Origin: a virus
DNA length: 64,000 nt
Reading direction: 5' to 3' (one strand)
IMG/VR virus record: IMGVR_UViG_3300009008_000029
Span: 1-64,000 of that record
Below are positions 17,873 through 28,134 of the stretch, in pieces. The notes under the pieces were generated by a model. It did not search any database. It saw nothing but the letters and a program-made list of their open reading frames with translations, and was not told where the DNA came from. The position numbers and the translations under genes were made by a program. Positions within the stretch are counted from its first letter, which is position 1, and the number at the start of each line of letters is the position of its first letter.

Positions 17873-18493
17873 ATGGGGCCGAACGAGACAAGCATCTTCC
17901 AATCGGCATTTCAGTCGCCGGAGGATGAGTTCAACACCAATCTCGGTGTCCGTCCGTTTGTCTTTGACATTCTGGGGCCGGACATGGAGACCAGTGTGTT
18001 GCCCCGCAATTTGAGAATGGTCCTTCATGCACCCCCTCAGTCCGTCAACATCAGCTACAGCAAGCAGATTGAACGGATTCAGACGAGAGGTGGGTTCGTT
18101 GAGCAGCATTGGGGTGAGGGTGCCCGGACCATCGATTTCAGTATGGTCACAGGGGGCTTTATGCGGCTTTTCTCCGGGCTTTCTAATGTCACCGGGGGTC
18201 CGGGTGCGGAAGACACCGGTGGAAGCCGACGTGAGTCAATCTCGTATGACAAGTATCTGGATTTCCTAGCCCTCTTCCACAACAACGGGTCCGTTTACGA
18301 TGCGACCGGCAAGATTGTCTTTCAGGGGATCATTCAGGTGACCTTTGATGGTGGCATCTACAACGGGTGGTTTTCTGATTTCAAAGTGACCGAGGATGCA
18401 TCACGCCCCTATCTGTTTTCCCTGACCACGAATTTCACAATCGACCGGGAGATCCAGAGATTCAGGACACCACTTCCGGCAGGGGGTGTGTAA
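17873..18493 (+). CDS. tube-initiator/baseplate protein (gpU/CIS-tube-like)
   Basis: PQSVNISYSKQIERIQTRGGFVEQHWGE...IDF...Y.GWF.DF.VTEDA..PY.F pattern, immediately after the tape measure gene. Confidence 0.65.
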   Translation: MGPNETSIFQSAFQSPEDEFNTNLGVRPFVFDILGPDMETSVLPRNLRMVLHAPPQSVNISYSKQIERIQTRGGFVEQHWGEGARTIDFSMVTGGFMRLFSGLSNVTGGPGAEDTGGSRRESISYDKYLDFLALFHNNGSVYDATGKIVFQGIIQVTFDGGIYNGWFSDFKVTEDASRPYLFSLTTNFTIDREIQRFRTPLPAGGV

Positions 18494-20061
18494 TGGCTCC
18501 GACTACGGATTTTGCACCCATACCGGGGGGTCAACACCCCAGCACGAAAGAAAGTGATAGGAGGGCGAGGACTCCGGCCCCAAAACAGTTCAAGGCGGCC
18601 AAGAAAGCCAAGGTGAAACAAGAGCGGGTACTGGATACGGTTGAAACCACTGCCGTCGCCGAGGTCATGCCCCCGGCTCCTGAAACGGGCGAGGACGTGC
18701 AGATCGGGTCCATCGATGCAGTCCAGAGAAAAAACCTCAGTGAGAATGCACAGGCCCGCCGTGAAGCCGACTACGAGGAGCGGTACAACCAAGCGGTTGC
18801 GAACTCCGTCAAGACACCCCCGGACCCCGATAAGTATGTAGGGCTGCAAGCCGGACCAGAGTTGCAGATTCAGGTGGAAAACAGCCTGACCCGTCCGATG
18901 GACATGACCTCCTCGTTGCTCCGGCGTCTTTCCCCCTTCATGATCCAGTTGGAACCTCCTCTGGTGTACGGGGAAGATGGCGGCTTCCTGAACAAGGGCG
19001 GTAATCAGATCAACACCTCGGCCTTTGATGCGGCACAGCGAGGTGCTAGAGGGTATGAGAGTGCCCGCACTGCTTTGTCTCAGTCCGCCCTCTCTGTAGG
19101 GGTCAACAGCAATGTGACTTCGGCGGACGCCTTTGTGTCCGCCAACTCCCAGATTGCCCCCACGAAGGCGGGAAGCTCGGATTCCAACCCGTCAGACAAT
19201 TTGGGGGAACCGGCAATCGCAGATCTGATGACCGCCGCTGACATCGCATGGCAGTTATCTACCGTGTTGAATGCTCCACCTTTGGTGTTGCTTATCAATC
19301 CAACCTCGATGGAGATCACCTACACGAAGGTTCAGCAGTTCCAAGACAGGACTCGTTACGGGTTTTTGTTTCAGGCGTGGGGCGAGGAACAACCCAAGAT
19401 CACGTTTTCTGCCCGGTGCGGAGCCTTCGTGACGGGTGGCAAGGGCGTCCAGTATGCCAGCAAGCGGGACTCCCGTGCGTGGCAGAATCTGATGAACGCC
19501 TTTCACTTCTACAAGAACAACGGGTACATCTACGACACCATCGGGAAATCCAACGCCCATCTCTTTGTCGGTGCTTTGTCCATCCATTACGACCAGATGG
19601 TCTACTACGGCAACATGGAATCTTTCGGGTGGGGTTACGACGAGAACAACCAGTTGGGTGGGGTGGAGTTCTCGATTGAGTTCACCGTTACCGCCATGTT
19701 GGATACGGCCCAGCAGAAGTTCGTTGTGACCCCTATGAAATCTCCAATCCCCAGTCTGAGTGACCCTCGGTATTCCGGGATTGAGTCCAAATCGAAGAAC
19801 GCCCCCGGTGAATTCTCGGTGGGGGCCGATAGTGATGGTCTCACGTTGACGACCGGCGGTCGGGATGTGAGCGTGGATGAAGCCTTCAGCAGTACGGTTG
19901 GGGCCGACTTGTATGATCAACCTCCGTCACCGGGGGGCATTGGGGATTCGGGGCCGTCTGAAAAGGGCTTCACGGAACCCACAGAAACGACTGAACCGGG
20001 AGAGCGTGAGGTTACGGTTGCGACGGCCACCTCCACGACGAAGCCTTTCGGGATGAGGTAA
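18493..20061 (+). CDS. second tube-initiator-like protein with long extensions
   Basis: INPTSMEITYTK...RTRYGFLFQAWGEE..KITF...YYGNMESF is similar to the preceding gene. TAATG coupling. Confidence 0.6.
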   Translation: MAPTTDFAPIPGGQHPSTKESDRRARTPAPKQFKAAKKAKVKQERVLDTVETTAVAEVMPPAPETGEDVQIGSIDAVQRKNLSENAQARREADYEERYNQAVANSVKTPPDPDKYVGLQAGPELQIQVENSLTRPMDMTSSLLRRLSPFMIQLEPPLVYGEDGGFLNKGGNQINTSAFDAAQRGARGYESARTALSQSALSVGVNSNVTSADAFVSANSQIAPTKAGSSDSNPSDNLGEPAIADLMTAADIAWQLSTVLNAPPLVLLINPTSMEITYTKVQQFQDRTRYGFLFQAWGEEQPKITFSARCGAFVTGGKGVQYASKRDSRAWQNLMNAFHFYKNNGYIYDTIGKSNAHLFVGALSIHYDQMVYYGNMESFGWGYDENNQLGGVEFSIEFTVTAMLDTAQQKFVVTPMKSPIPSLSDPRYSGIESKSKNAPGEFSVGADSDGLTLTTGGRDVSVDEAFSSTVGADLYDQPPSPGGIGDSGPSEKGFTEPTETTEPGEREVTVATATSTTKPFGMR

Positions 20062-20064
20062 CGG

Positions 20065-23000
20065 ATGGGGTTGGAACACAGACCGTATATCGGCAGTTGG
20101 ACAATGGGGTCACGAAAGGTGATCCAGCATACCCCCGATGCCTTGGTGTACATCAATGGTGATATGAGTGTTCCCGGTTGCGTCAAATGCAACAGCCACA
20201 TCAACATTCAGGAGTTCATCACATCTGTTTCCGTAGATGCGGGGACAGATCCTGCGGGGGCGTCGGCATCTATTACATTGTCCGTCCCCGTCCACCATTT
20301 GGACTCGTTCGCTAGGGACGCTCAGTTCATTCTGCATCCCGGTCTTGAGGTTCATGTCTACCAACGGGGTTACTTCCCGGTGAAAGGCATGTTCTCCAAT
20401 CTAGCTGGTGCCACCAGCCCAGAAAAGATGGAGATCATCTCCGGTACCGGACCTATCCAAGAGGGCAAGTACGAGGGCAAATACGACCCGCAAGATCTGA
20501 TGGGTAGTAGCGAGGGTTCCTACAAGGATCTCCCGGAGGGTGTGCGGGAAAACTTGTGGGCCATGACCTACAACATGGAGACCATCGATCAGTATTTCAC
20601 GGCGAGGGCCGAGCGTGGAGATTTCGGGTCTTACAATCAGGGGTCATTGAGAATCCACGTTGGTGATGGCTACGCACCTCCGAAAGCCAATGACAAACGC
20701 AAGAACACCAGCCAACATCGCAAAGGGAATGCCCTCGATTTCAACATCCAGTACGAAGATGTGAACGGGCAGGTTCGGATGATCCCCCGAGATGACACTT
20801 GGGCGGGCCTGATTAAGATGCAGGGTTCCGGTTACATCGAGCACGGAGGGATTGGTTCCTATCTGGAGGTCGATGATGCGGGGAAACCAACCGGACGCTG
20901 GTACGTCAATCCTCATTATGACCGGAGAGGGCTGAACTCACGTGACCAAGATCCCCGCTGGAATAGGCACAAGAAAAAGAGTGAAGAGAACTGGACGGGC
21001 GGCTTTGCTCCAACAGCCTCCATGAACAAGGCATTGAGTGAGAGTCCCGAACCCGGTGACCTCGGTGGCGTAAACACCTATGCCGGAAACAAGGACAAGA
21101 AGTGGCAGATCCCTCAGAATGTAACGATTGCGGGGGAGTCTACTCAGCCGCAGGATCCCAAATGGGAGCCATCCCCGTTGGAACAGATGGGGATGTCGGA
21201 CAAGGATTTGGAGAATCTGCTGGCGTACCCCTACTATCACACCTTCCACGGGGTCGTTACACAGGTGTCTTTCTCTTGGAGTCCCGGCGTGCAGGAGATT
21301 ACCCTCCAGTGTGCCTCGATGCTCCACTTCTGGCAGTACCACCAGATGAGCACCAATGCTTCGGTGTTCGGTGCGAGGCCGCACAATTCCAAGGCCCGTG
21401 TGTCGATGGTGGGTCACAACTTCACCGGAATGCACCCCTACGAGATTATCTACTACCTCCACAACGACACAGCGGGTGCTGCCGGGGGTATCTCATGGGC
21501 ACTGTCCCAAAAGACGAATCAGAAGGCACGTAGCCCTGTTACGGGCGAGTCCTTGTTCAGTATGAACTTGCGGTACTGGCAGCAACGGTTCAATCAGCGT
21601 GAGATCAAGCTCCGACTACATGGTGCCACGGGTGAAATCTACAATACGGCCCAAGCCACTTTCTTGAGCCGCATGAAGGGCGGCAGCCTTGCGAGGCTCA
21701 TCAAGAAACGGTTTAACCTTCGGGAGGATCGGGCCGGGGCGGACATCCTCACCGATTCCGTGTTGGAGGCGTTGATTTGGGGTCGTGCTCATGCTGGAAA
21801 GGCAGACTCCAAAAAGCCCCAGTTTGAGCTAAACCTCGCCGAGATGATTGCCTTTGTGTCCAACATTTCGGAATGGGGTAACATCCAGCTATTCGAATCC
21901 ACCTATGAGTCCAAGCTCGATATCGCCCAGAAGGTCTGCGAGGTTACCGGGTTTGAGTTCTATCAGGACGTGGATGGGGATTTCGTTTTCAAACCTCCCA
22001 TGTACAACCTCGACACTTCCAGCAGCCGGGTTTACCGGATCGAGGACATTGACCTCATCAACATCACCTTTGATGAGAAGGAACCCGAAGTCACTTACAT
22101 GACGGTGAAGGGTTCCGGGATGAAGAATCAGCTAGGGGCGGGATTGGAGAACGAGTGGGGCAAGCAAGGTCAATACATTGACTACCGGCTGGTAGCCCAG
22201 TTTGGCTGGCGACCGGGAAACTACGAGGCCGAATACTTCAGTGATCGGGCTTCGATGTTCTTTGCTGCCGTCAACCGTCTGGACATCATGAATGCCCCCG
22301 TCAAATCGGCGTCGGCAACGATTCCGGTTCGTCCTGAGATTCGGCCCGGCTACCCTGTTTACATCCCGTATCTGGATTGCTTCTACTACTGTCCCAGCTT
22401 CGCTCACAGTTATCAGGTGGGTGGGCAATGCACTACATCCCTCCAACTTATCGCCAAACGTGCCAAATTCTATGCCCCCGGCGACCCGACGAAGGGCACG
22501 AAAGGTATTGAAGCAATCAACATGGGGTACCCGGCGTTCCCTCCGATGCCCTTGCGGGTGGAGGATAACGACGGGCGGCCTCGTCTAGCGGGGTTCCCTA
22601 ATGTTGTGATGGCTCTGGACCCCCACCAGTTGAGTCCTACCTACTTCATGGTGGGGGCCGACATTGATCTGATGAACACCACCGAGGCGTTGGGAAGCCT
22701 GTTGAAGATGGCTGTGGACCTCAACGTACTCATTACCGATGACAAGGGCGGCCCCGGACCGGAGTACTGGATGGAAACCCCCGTGGGGGATGCTCAGTTG
22801 AAGTTTTGGTATGACCCGGATGGGAAAATGGCTCCCGAAGGGTTTGCCGACCTGACTGAGGTTGCCAAGCAGTATCAGACGGCACTTGATAAGTTCAACG
22901 AGTCACAGTCGGAGAAGACCAAGGAGATGTTGGGTCAGACCGAAAAGGTAGCTGAGTTGGACGAGAAGCTGCGTGAGGTGCTGGTGGACCCGAAACGGAC

Positions 23001-25107
23001 GGAAGCCAAACTGAACAAGGTGTTGGGGAAGGCGGAGGCAGCCCGCAAGAAACTCCACAAAATGGAGTTGAAATTCGAACAGGCTCGCCAAGCGTTCAAC
23101 ACTACTGAATCAAAGAAGTTCCCGCTGAAGGGGACATTCCTAAAGTTGATCCAAGAGGTCGGTTCCAAGTTCTTCTCTAGCAAGCAGTTTGGATCAACCT
23201 ATGGCAACCCAAATGCCACCTCTGCACTGTTGGAGATGTTGTCGGATAAGAAAGCCATCATGACTAATGGCAGTTTGCCGGGCATGTATCGGTACTACTC
23301 GGCCTCACACCCTCATAAAGAACAGCAGGGGCAGCCCCCCCTGACCATCAAGGATACGGACACGGAGAAGAGTACCATCGTCCATACCCCTTTTGTGTCG
23401 GGAGCGAGAGCCGTCCCTACGTTCATTCCTTCGGGGCAGATTCAGGTCACGGGTGACACTTCAAACCCACCGGATGCAAAACTGGAGGACCGCCAACCCA
23501 TCTGGGGTATTCGTGTTTTGACAAACCGAGTCCCGAATGGGGAGTTTCTACCTACCAGCGAGATACGCCAGTTAATGTTCGGGGTCCACCAAGTTCATCT
23601 GACGACTACCAAAGGAAAGGGTCGGGTTGTCAAACGCAAGGTGGATTTAGGCCGAGGCATCGGCAAGAGGGTTCATGGTTCCTTCTGGGAGACCAAGGAT
23701 GTGGCATGGAAGAATGATCCTCTGAGGACCGTCCCTTCTGATTTTATCACCTCCGTTTTGGACCTCGTGAATGAGGCTTTGTTGGGAGTCGGAACCGATC
23801 ATGAGGGTAGTTGGGGGTGGGCCGCTGATGTCATTGAGGAGGCTGGTTGGGACCGTAGTAGCGTCCCGAAGATCGATGTTATCGAACTCAAAGAAACCTA
23901 CCTCTTGTACCGTGGGGTTGGGGTAGAATTCAGTAAATCCTTGGACAACTACAAGTTGGCGGACAACCCGGAGGCCGAGGATTTGATGTTTCCGGGTTCG
24001 GACAGGTTCACATCGCTTCAGATTTGGCAGGATCTAGGGGAGAAAATCGCCAACCTTGTGATCAAGGTTGTGACGAGGGTGAAGGATGAATGGGTTGATG
24101 CCCTCGATGAGTTACAACTTCCGGGTGCCGTGAAAGCCAAAGCCATAGGGAAAATTTACGACGGACTCCAAAGGTCGATGGGCAATCCGAACACAAGGGT
24201 CAAGGTAGTTCGGACCCGCCAACGCAAGCTGTTCCGGGATGTTGTGTACAGTCCTGTGTTCCCCATCTCGGATGCTCAAGGTTATGAGGTAATCGGGTCA
24301 TACCGGTACGGGCGTGACGTTGATATTGACCCCTCGGGTGTTTTCGATGTGTTCCACCGGAAAGACCCCTTCTCGTTGTTGAATACCAAGTTGGTCGAGG
24401 AGTTCATCGACGTTGTATACAACAAGAAAGGTACATGGGAGGAGGAGGAGGTCGAGAACGTCAATTCCAATACGGGAGAACCAGCGACGGTCAAGAATTT
24501 CATCGATGGACCTTACGCCCAAAGTGTTGTGGAGCAGAAGGTCATTGATGCCCTGCGGAAGAACATGACCGACAAGCAGATTCTGGATCTAGGGTTGGCC
24601 GTGACAACGGGAGACCCGAATGTCCTGCAACTCGATCTGGCGAACTGGTATGCCTCCAAGAACAAAGATGGGCTTCAGAAAATCCCGCTGGTGAATGCTG
24701 GATTTTCGTTGGGCGACCTCCAGATACACACCGGGGCTAATATGTGCCGTTGTAAGGCATCCGAGGCCGATGTCCTACTCCATGTGGCAGGTACGGACGA
24801 TTTCGTTGCTGTGGAGGCTTCAGGGGCCGTCCTGCCGGAAGCATGGAGCGACTCGGAACTGGACCCGATTACCCGTTGGGAAATGATCAACGCAGCTCGA
24901 AGCGCACCCGAATGGCAACAGGCACAGGAAGCTCTCAGGGGTGTACGCCCCATTGTGGATAAGAGCAGCATCGTCAAATCCTTCAAGGATCTGGGTGAAG
25001 CCTATGAGAACTGGTCCGATGAGATGGAGAACCGGCAGGAGACCCTGACGAATTTTGCGACTGAGGGCACGGCGGATGCAATAGACGCTTTTGACGAGGA
25101 CGATTGA
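20065..25107 (+). CDS. baseplate hub protein with inserted peptidase M15-like domain
   Basis: Hub-type segments (FHGVVTQV...ITLQC; SKLDIA..VCEVTGFEFYQDVDGDFVFKPP; ATIPVRPEIRPGYPVYI...Y...AHSY..GG..TT.L.L). Insert carries SQH..GNALD...GGIGSY...HYD. Confidence 0.75.
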   Translation: MGLEHRPYIGSWTMGSRKVIQHTPDALVYINGDMSVPGCVKCNSHINIQEFITSVSVDAGTDPAGASASITLSVPVHHLDSFARDAQFILHPGLEVHVYQRGYFPVKGMFSNLAGATSPEKMEIISGTGPIQEGKYEGKYDPQDLMGSSEGSYKDLPEGVRENLWAMTYNMETIDQYFTARAERGDFGSYNQGSLRIHVGDGYAPPKANDKRKNTSQHRKGNALDFNIQYEDVNGQVRMIPRDDTWAGLIKMQGSGYIEHGGIGSYLEVDDAGKPTGRWYVNPHYDRRGLNSRDQDPRWNRHKKKSEENWTGGFAPTASMNKALSESPEPGDLGGVNTYAGNKDKKWQIPQNVTIAGESTQPQDPKWEPSPLEQMGMSDKDLENLLAYPYYHTFHGVVTQVSFSWSPGVQEITLQCASMLHFWQYHQMSTNASVFGARPHNSKARVSMVGHNFTGMHPYEIIYYLHNDTAGAAGGISWALSQKTNQKARSPVTGESLFSMNLRYWQQRFNQREIKLRLHGATGEIYNTAQATFLSRMKGGSLARLIKKRFNLREDRAGADILTDSVLEALIWGRAHAGKADSKKPQFELNLAEMIAFVSNISEWGNIQLFESTYESKLDIAQKVCEVTGFEFYQDVDGDFVFKPPMYNLDTSSSRVYRIEDIDLINITFDEKEPEVTYMTVKGSGMKNQLGAGLENEWGKQGQYIDYRLVAQFGWRPGNYEAEYFSDRASMFFAAVNRLDIMNAPVKSASATIPVRPEIRPGYPVYIPYLDCFYYCPSFAHSYQVGGQCTTSLQLIAKRAKFYAPGDPTKGTKGIEAINMGYPAFPPMPLRVEDNDGRPRLAGFPNVVMALDPHQLSPTYFMVGADIDLMNTTEALGSLLKMAVDLNVLITDDKGGPGPEYWMETPVGDAQLKFWYDPDGKMAPEGFADLTEVAKQYQTALDKFNESQSEKTKEMLGQTEKVAELDEKLREVLVDPKRTEAKLNKVLGKAEAARKKLHKMELKFEQARQAFNTTESKKFPLKGTFLKLIQEVGSKFFSSKQFGSTYGNPNATSALLEMLSDKKAIMTNGSLPGMYRYYSASHPHKEQQGQPPLTIKDTDTEKSTIVHTPFVSGARAVPTFIPSGQIQVTGDTSNPPDAKLEDRQPIWGIRVLTNRVPNGEFLPTSEIRQLMFGVHQVHLTTTKGKGRVVKRKVDLGRGIGKRVHGSFWETKDVAWKNDPLRTVPSDFITSVLDLVNEALLGVGTDHEGSWGWAADVIEEAGWDRSSVPKIDVIELKETYLLYRGVGVEFSKSLDNYKLADNPEAEDLMFPGSDRFTSLQIWQDLGEKIANLVIKVVTRVKDEWVDALDELQLPGAVKAKAIGKIYDGLQRSMGNPNTRVKVVRTRQRKLFRDVVYSPVFPISDAQGYEVIGSYRYGRDVDIDPSGVFDVFHRKDPFSLLNTKLVEEFIDVVYNKKGTWEEEEVENVNSNTGEPATVKNFIDGPYAQSVVEQKVIDALRKNMTDKQILDLGLAVTTGDPNVLQLDLANWYASKNKDGLQKIPLVNAGFSLGDLQIHTGANMCRCKASEADVLLHVAGTDDFVAVEASGAVLPEAWSDSELDPITRWEMINAARSAPEWQQAQEALRGVRPIVDKSSIVKSFKDLGEAYENWSDEMENRQETLTNFATEGTADAIDAFDEDD

Positions 25108-27527
25108 TGACTGGACCACTAGATTACGGGCGTAGACGCCCGACAGCCCCGCCTACGGTGACCCGTGGGCAGATGCGAGCCACCTCCCAGAAAGCGAAGA
25201 AAGATCTGGAGAAGGGCAGCCCCGATTTCAATTTGGGGTTGGGTCTCGCCAAGGTCATCGGGATCGATTACGAAGGTCACTTTGTGAGTCTCCGTACTCT
25301 TTCCGGTGCCTCTCAGCAATATGACCGAGTCCCTGTGCCGATGACCTATCCGGGAGCGGGTGCAAGACACTTCCTAGGGGCAATGCCGCAGGAAGGCGAC
25401 CATTGTGTCGTCGGTTGGGTGCCTACGGGGGGTCCGGGAGGTGGGACCAAGACGCCCATCATCTTGAACTGGGTCATTCCGGGCGTGTGGCCCGGACGAG
25501 ACTGGTTGACGACCGCCGAGGTAGAGGATTCAGAGTACGACCCCACACCCGGCCAAGAGGCTTTTTTGGGGGCTTCCTTTGCCCGTGTTCGCCACAAGCT
25601 CCGGCATATTCAACCGGGCAATATCGTAGCAAGCTCCGCACAAGGTTCCGATCTTGTGTTGGATGAAGGCATCACGATTTCCAACCGGAGGGGAAACGAG
25701 GTCCGACTGCGGGATCAGGATCAAGCTCTGGTAACACGTAGCCTCCAGCAGTTTCATGCAATGGCGGGTACCCGTATCTACGGAGGGATGGTCCAAAGGG
25801 ATGCGACATTCTTGCCCGAAATGATGGTCTCCGATGGGAACGTCTGGGATGGCCCAATTCAGGCTATTCTAGGTGAGCCCATCAAGGACTATCAGTTGCA
25901 TCCTGATGTGAATCTTCCCGAAGGGTTCCTGACCCCGGCCCGTTTGTTCCAACGTGACTCGATTGACGCTGATGATGGGTACTTGGACCGGAGTTCCCTA
26001 CGTGTGAGTCCCTACCTTGACCCGTATCTGTTCCTGAAGGCTGGCAGTTTCATCGACGACACCGGCTATGTGGTGGACAGCAGGTACTCAGCGGACGGGG
26101 TCTACGGGGGCAAGCCCTTGTACCGGGTGGCATCCAAAGCCAAAGAGAATGCCGTTCTCAACCCCGATGCCGCAACTCTCACAGAGTACCGAATCGAACT
26201 GACCCACACCTCAAAGGGACGTTTGCCTGTCACGGAACAGACCGATATGTTGGACGCCGAGAGGCTTCCCGGCAGAGACCCCAACATGGCGATGGGCGCA
26301 CCGCCTCCCAATGCACCTTTTATGGAATGGGTACTGGGGAGTGTGGTCGGGAACGATCCCTTCTCACAGGATGGGCGAACGAAGTACGGGATGCCGCTGG
26401 TGGCATCCATCTTTGACGGGAATGTTCCGAATCCCCGAATCGAACCAGCGAAGTTGGCGGAAGTGGGGGAGACGGCGACCCCCACCCCGTTACTGGAGCA
26501 AGCGGCGACGTTGTTCCGGCTCACACCTCCTGCCGGACAGTTACCCAGCACATTCTGGTCCGTGAATAAACAAGGGCAACTCAGAGCCGCAATCGGTGGC
26601 AATGCCCGTGAGAATTCCATTGAGGCATTCACCACGGGTGGCTTGAAGCTCGGCGTAGCGGGCAAATTCCAGTTGTTGCTGAATGGGCACATGGAATTAG
26701 GCACTTTGAGCAAATCGAGTATGGCACTGACGGCGGAAGAAGGGGCCGTCAGAATCTATGGCGGTGGTCCGCTGAAGGGGCTTGAATCCGACACTGAGAC
26801 TCTCACAGGAGAACCCGGTGATCTCCCCGCTGTTGATATCGAAGCCAAGACGAACGTTCGGATGAAGGCCGGGCAGAAAGTAATCGTGAACGGGACCAGC
26901 ATGGAGATGAACGCCGGTTCTATCTCGATGGTGGGTCGGGAGGACATTTCCATTGGGGGGTCCAAGCGGACCATGCTGGCGACCGAGGGGCTTCAGGTTG
27001 CCGTCAATGGAAAGGCACAAGAGTCCTACGGTGGACCCAAGTACAACATGCCTACGGCGGGTGCTCTCCACGAGCGAACCTACTCTCCGGCTTATCCGGG
27101 ATTGGTTTGTGAGAAGGTCGAGTACAAAAGCGGGGATCGGGAGGAGACCTTCACCCTCGGGAGTCACTCGACCACGGTCAAAATTGGCAACCTGACCTAT
27201 GAAACGAGCCTCGGGACATGGAAAGCCAAAGGGACGACGAGCGAGTTGAAGCTAAGTGCCTCCGGGTTTGAGGGTAAGGCTTCGACGGGCGTTGTGTCCT
27301 TGAAGGCACAAGCGGGATCAGCCTCCATGACTGGGTCTGTCGACGCCAACGTGAAAGCAACTATGGGTACGGCCCGTGTCACTGGAGGTGCTGGGGTCTA
27401 CCTTGGTGGTCCGATTACCGGACCAGATTCTGGTCCGATTATCTGTGCGGGTTCTTTGGAGCCCTTCACTGGCTTGCCGTTCACCACTTGGGGAATGGGG
27501 GCCAAAGCCCACAACGTAGGTCCATAA
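25107..27527 (+). CDS. central spike protein (gpV/gp5-like OB fold plus beta-helix)
   Basis: AKVIGIDY....V.L...GAMPQEGDHCVVGW OB-fold signature and a beta-repeat C-terminus ending ICAG..PFTG...H. TGATG coupling to the hub gene. Confidence 0.72.
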   Translation: MTGPLDYGRRRPTAPPTVTRGQMRATSQKAKKDLEKGSPDFNLGLGLAKVIGIDYEGHFVSLRTLSGASQQYDRVPVPMTYPGAGARHFLGAMPQEGDHCVVGWVPTGGPGGGTKTPIILNWVIPGVWPGRDWLTTAEVEDSEYDPTPGQEAFLGASFARVRHKLRHIQPGNIVASSAQGSDLVLDEGITISNRRGNEVRLRDQDQALVTRSLQQFHAMAGTRIYGGMVQRDATFLPEMMVSDGNVWDGPIQAILGEPIKDYQLHPDVNLPEGFLTPARLFQRDSIDADDGYLDRSSLRVSPYLDPYLFLKAGSFIDDTGYVVDSRYSADGVYGGKPLYRVASKAKENAVLNPDAATLTEYRIELTHTSKGRLPVTEQTDMLDAERLPGRDPNMAMGAPPPNAPFMEWVLGSVVGNDPFSQDGRTKYGMPLVASIFDGNVPNPRIEPAKLAEVGETATPTPLLEQAATLFRLTPPAGQLPSTFWSVNKQGQLRAAIGGNARENSIEAFTTGGLKLGVAGKFQLLLNGHMELGTLSKSSMALTAEEGAVRIYGGGPLKGLESDTETLTGEPGDLPAVDIEAKTNVRMKAGQKVIVNGTSMEMNAGSISMVGREDISIGGSKRTMLATEGLQVAVNGKAQESYGGPKYNMPTAGALHERTYSPAYPGLVCEKVEYKSGDREETFTLGSHSTTVKIGNLTYETSLGTWKAKGTTSELKLSASGFEGKASTGVVSLKAQAGSASMTGSVDANVKATMGTARVTGGAGVYLGGPITGPDSGPIICAGSLEPFTGLPFTTWGMGAKAHNVGP

Positions 27528-27528
27528 C

Positions 27529-28134
27529 ATGGCATTGACCCCCACAGGCGTCTATAACGCCCTCGTAGCGAATCGCCTTGCGGGGGTTTTCCCTTTTGGC
27601 GGGGTGGCCTACGACAAGTTAGCTTTGGGGTTGGCTCTGGGGGTTTGCCAATGGGGTGTGAACAACCCGGCGAATCTAGCCTTGAAAGGGGTGGCTACCG
27701 GGTCCGCCGGGGTGGGTAAAATCCTACCCGCTGCCAGCAAAATCGTATTGGTGAGTTCCGGGGCCGTGACTGCCGGGTTGCAAGGGGCGGGGATGGTTGG
27801 GCCTCTGTCACAGGCACTGGGAACCGCAGTCGAGGCCGGTCTATCCCAAGCCTTCTCCAGCTTGGCACAATACAATGGTCAGAGTCCTACAGTGGCCGTT
27901 GGGACCGATACCAGCAAAGTTTCCGTCGCCAATGCCGCCTCGTTGGTCGGTATCTTGAATCAGACGATGGGAGCGGTAATGGGGACCGGACCGGCATATG
28001 GAATGATGACAGCGGGACTGGGGAATGGGGTGGCAGCACTCCTTCTTACTGGGACCGGTTCAGGGGCTGTGACGGGGACACCCGTAGTTCCAGCGGCCCC
28101 CGCAACGGGAACGACAACATCAGTGGTGATATAG
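27529..28134 (+). CDS. Gly/Ala-rich virion protein, possibly spike tip
   Basis: 201 aa, G/A/T/V-rich, directly after the spike gene. Confidence 0.45.
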   Translation: MALTPTGVYNALVANRLAGVFPFGGVAYDKLALGLALGVCQWGVNNPANLALKGVATGSAGVGKILPAASKIVLVSSGAVTAGLQGAGMVGPLSQALGTAVEAGLSQAFSSLAQYNGQSPTVAVGTDTSKVSVANAASLVGILNQTMGAVMGTGPAYGMMTAGLGNGVAALLLTGTGSGAVTGTPVVPAAPATGTTTSVVI

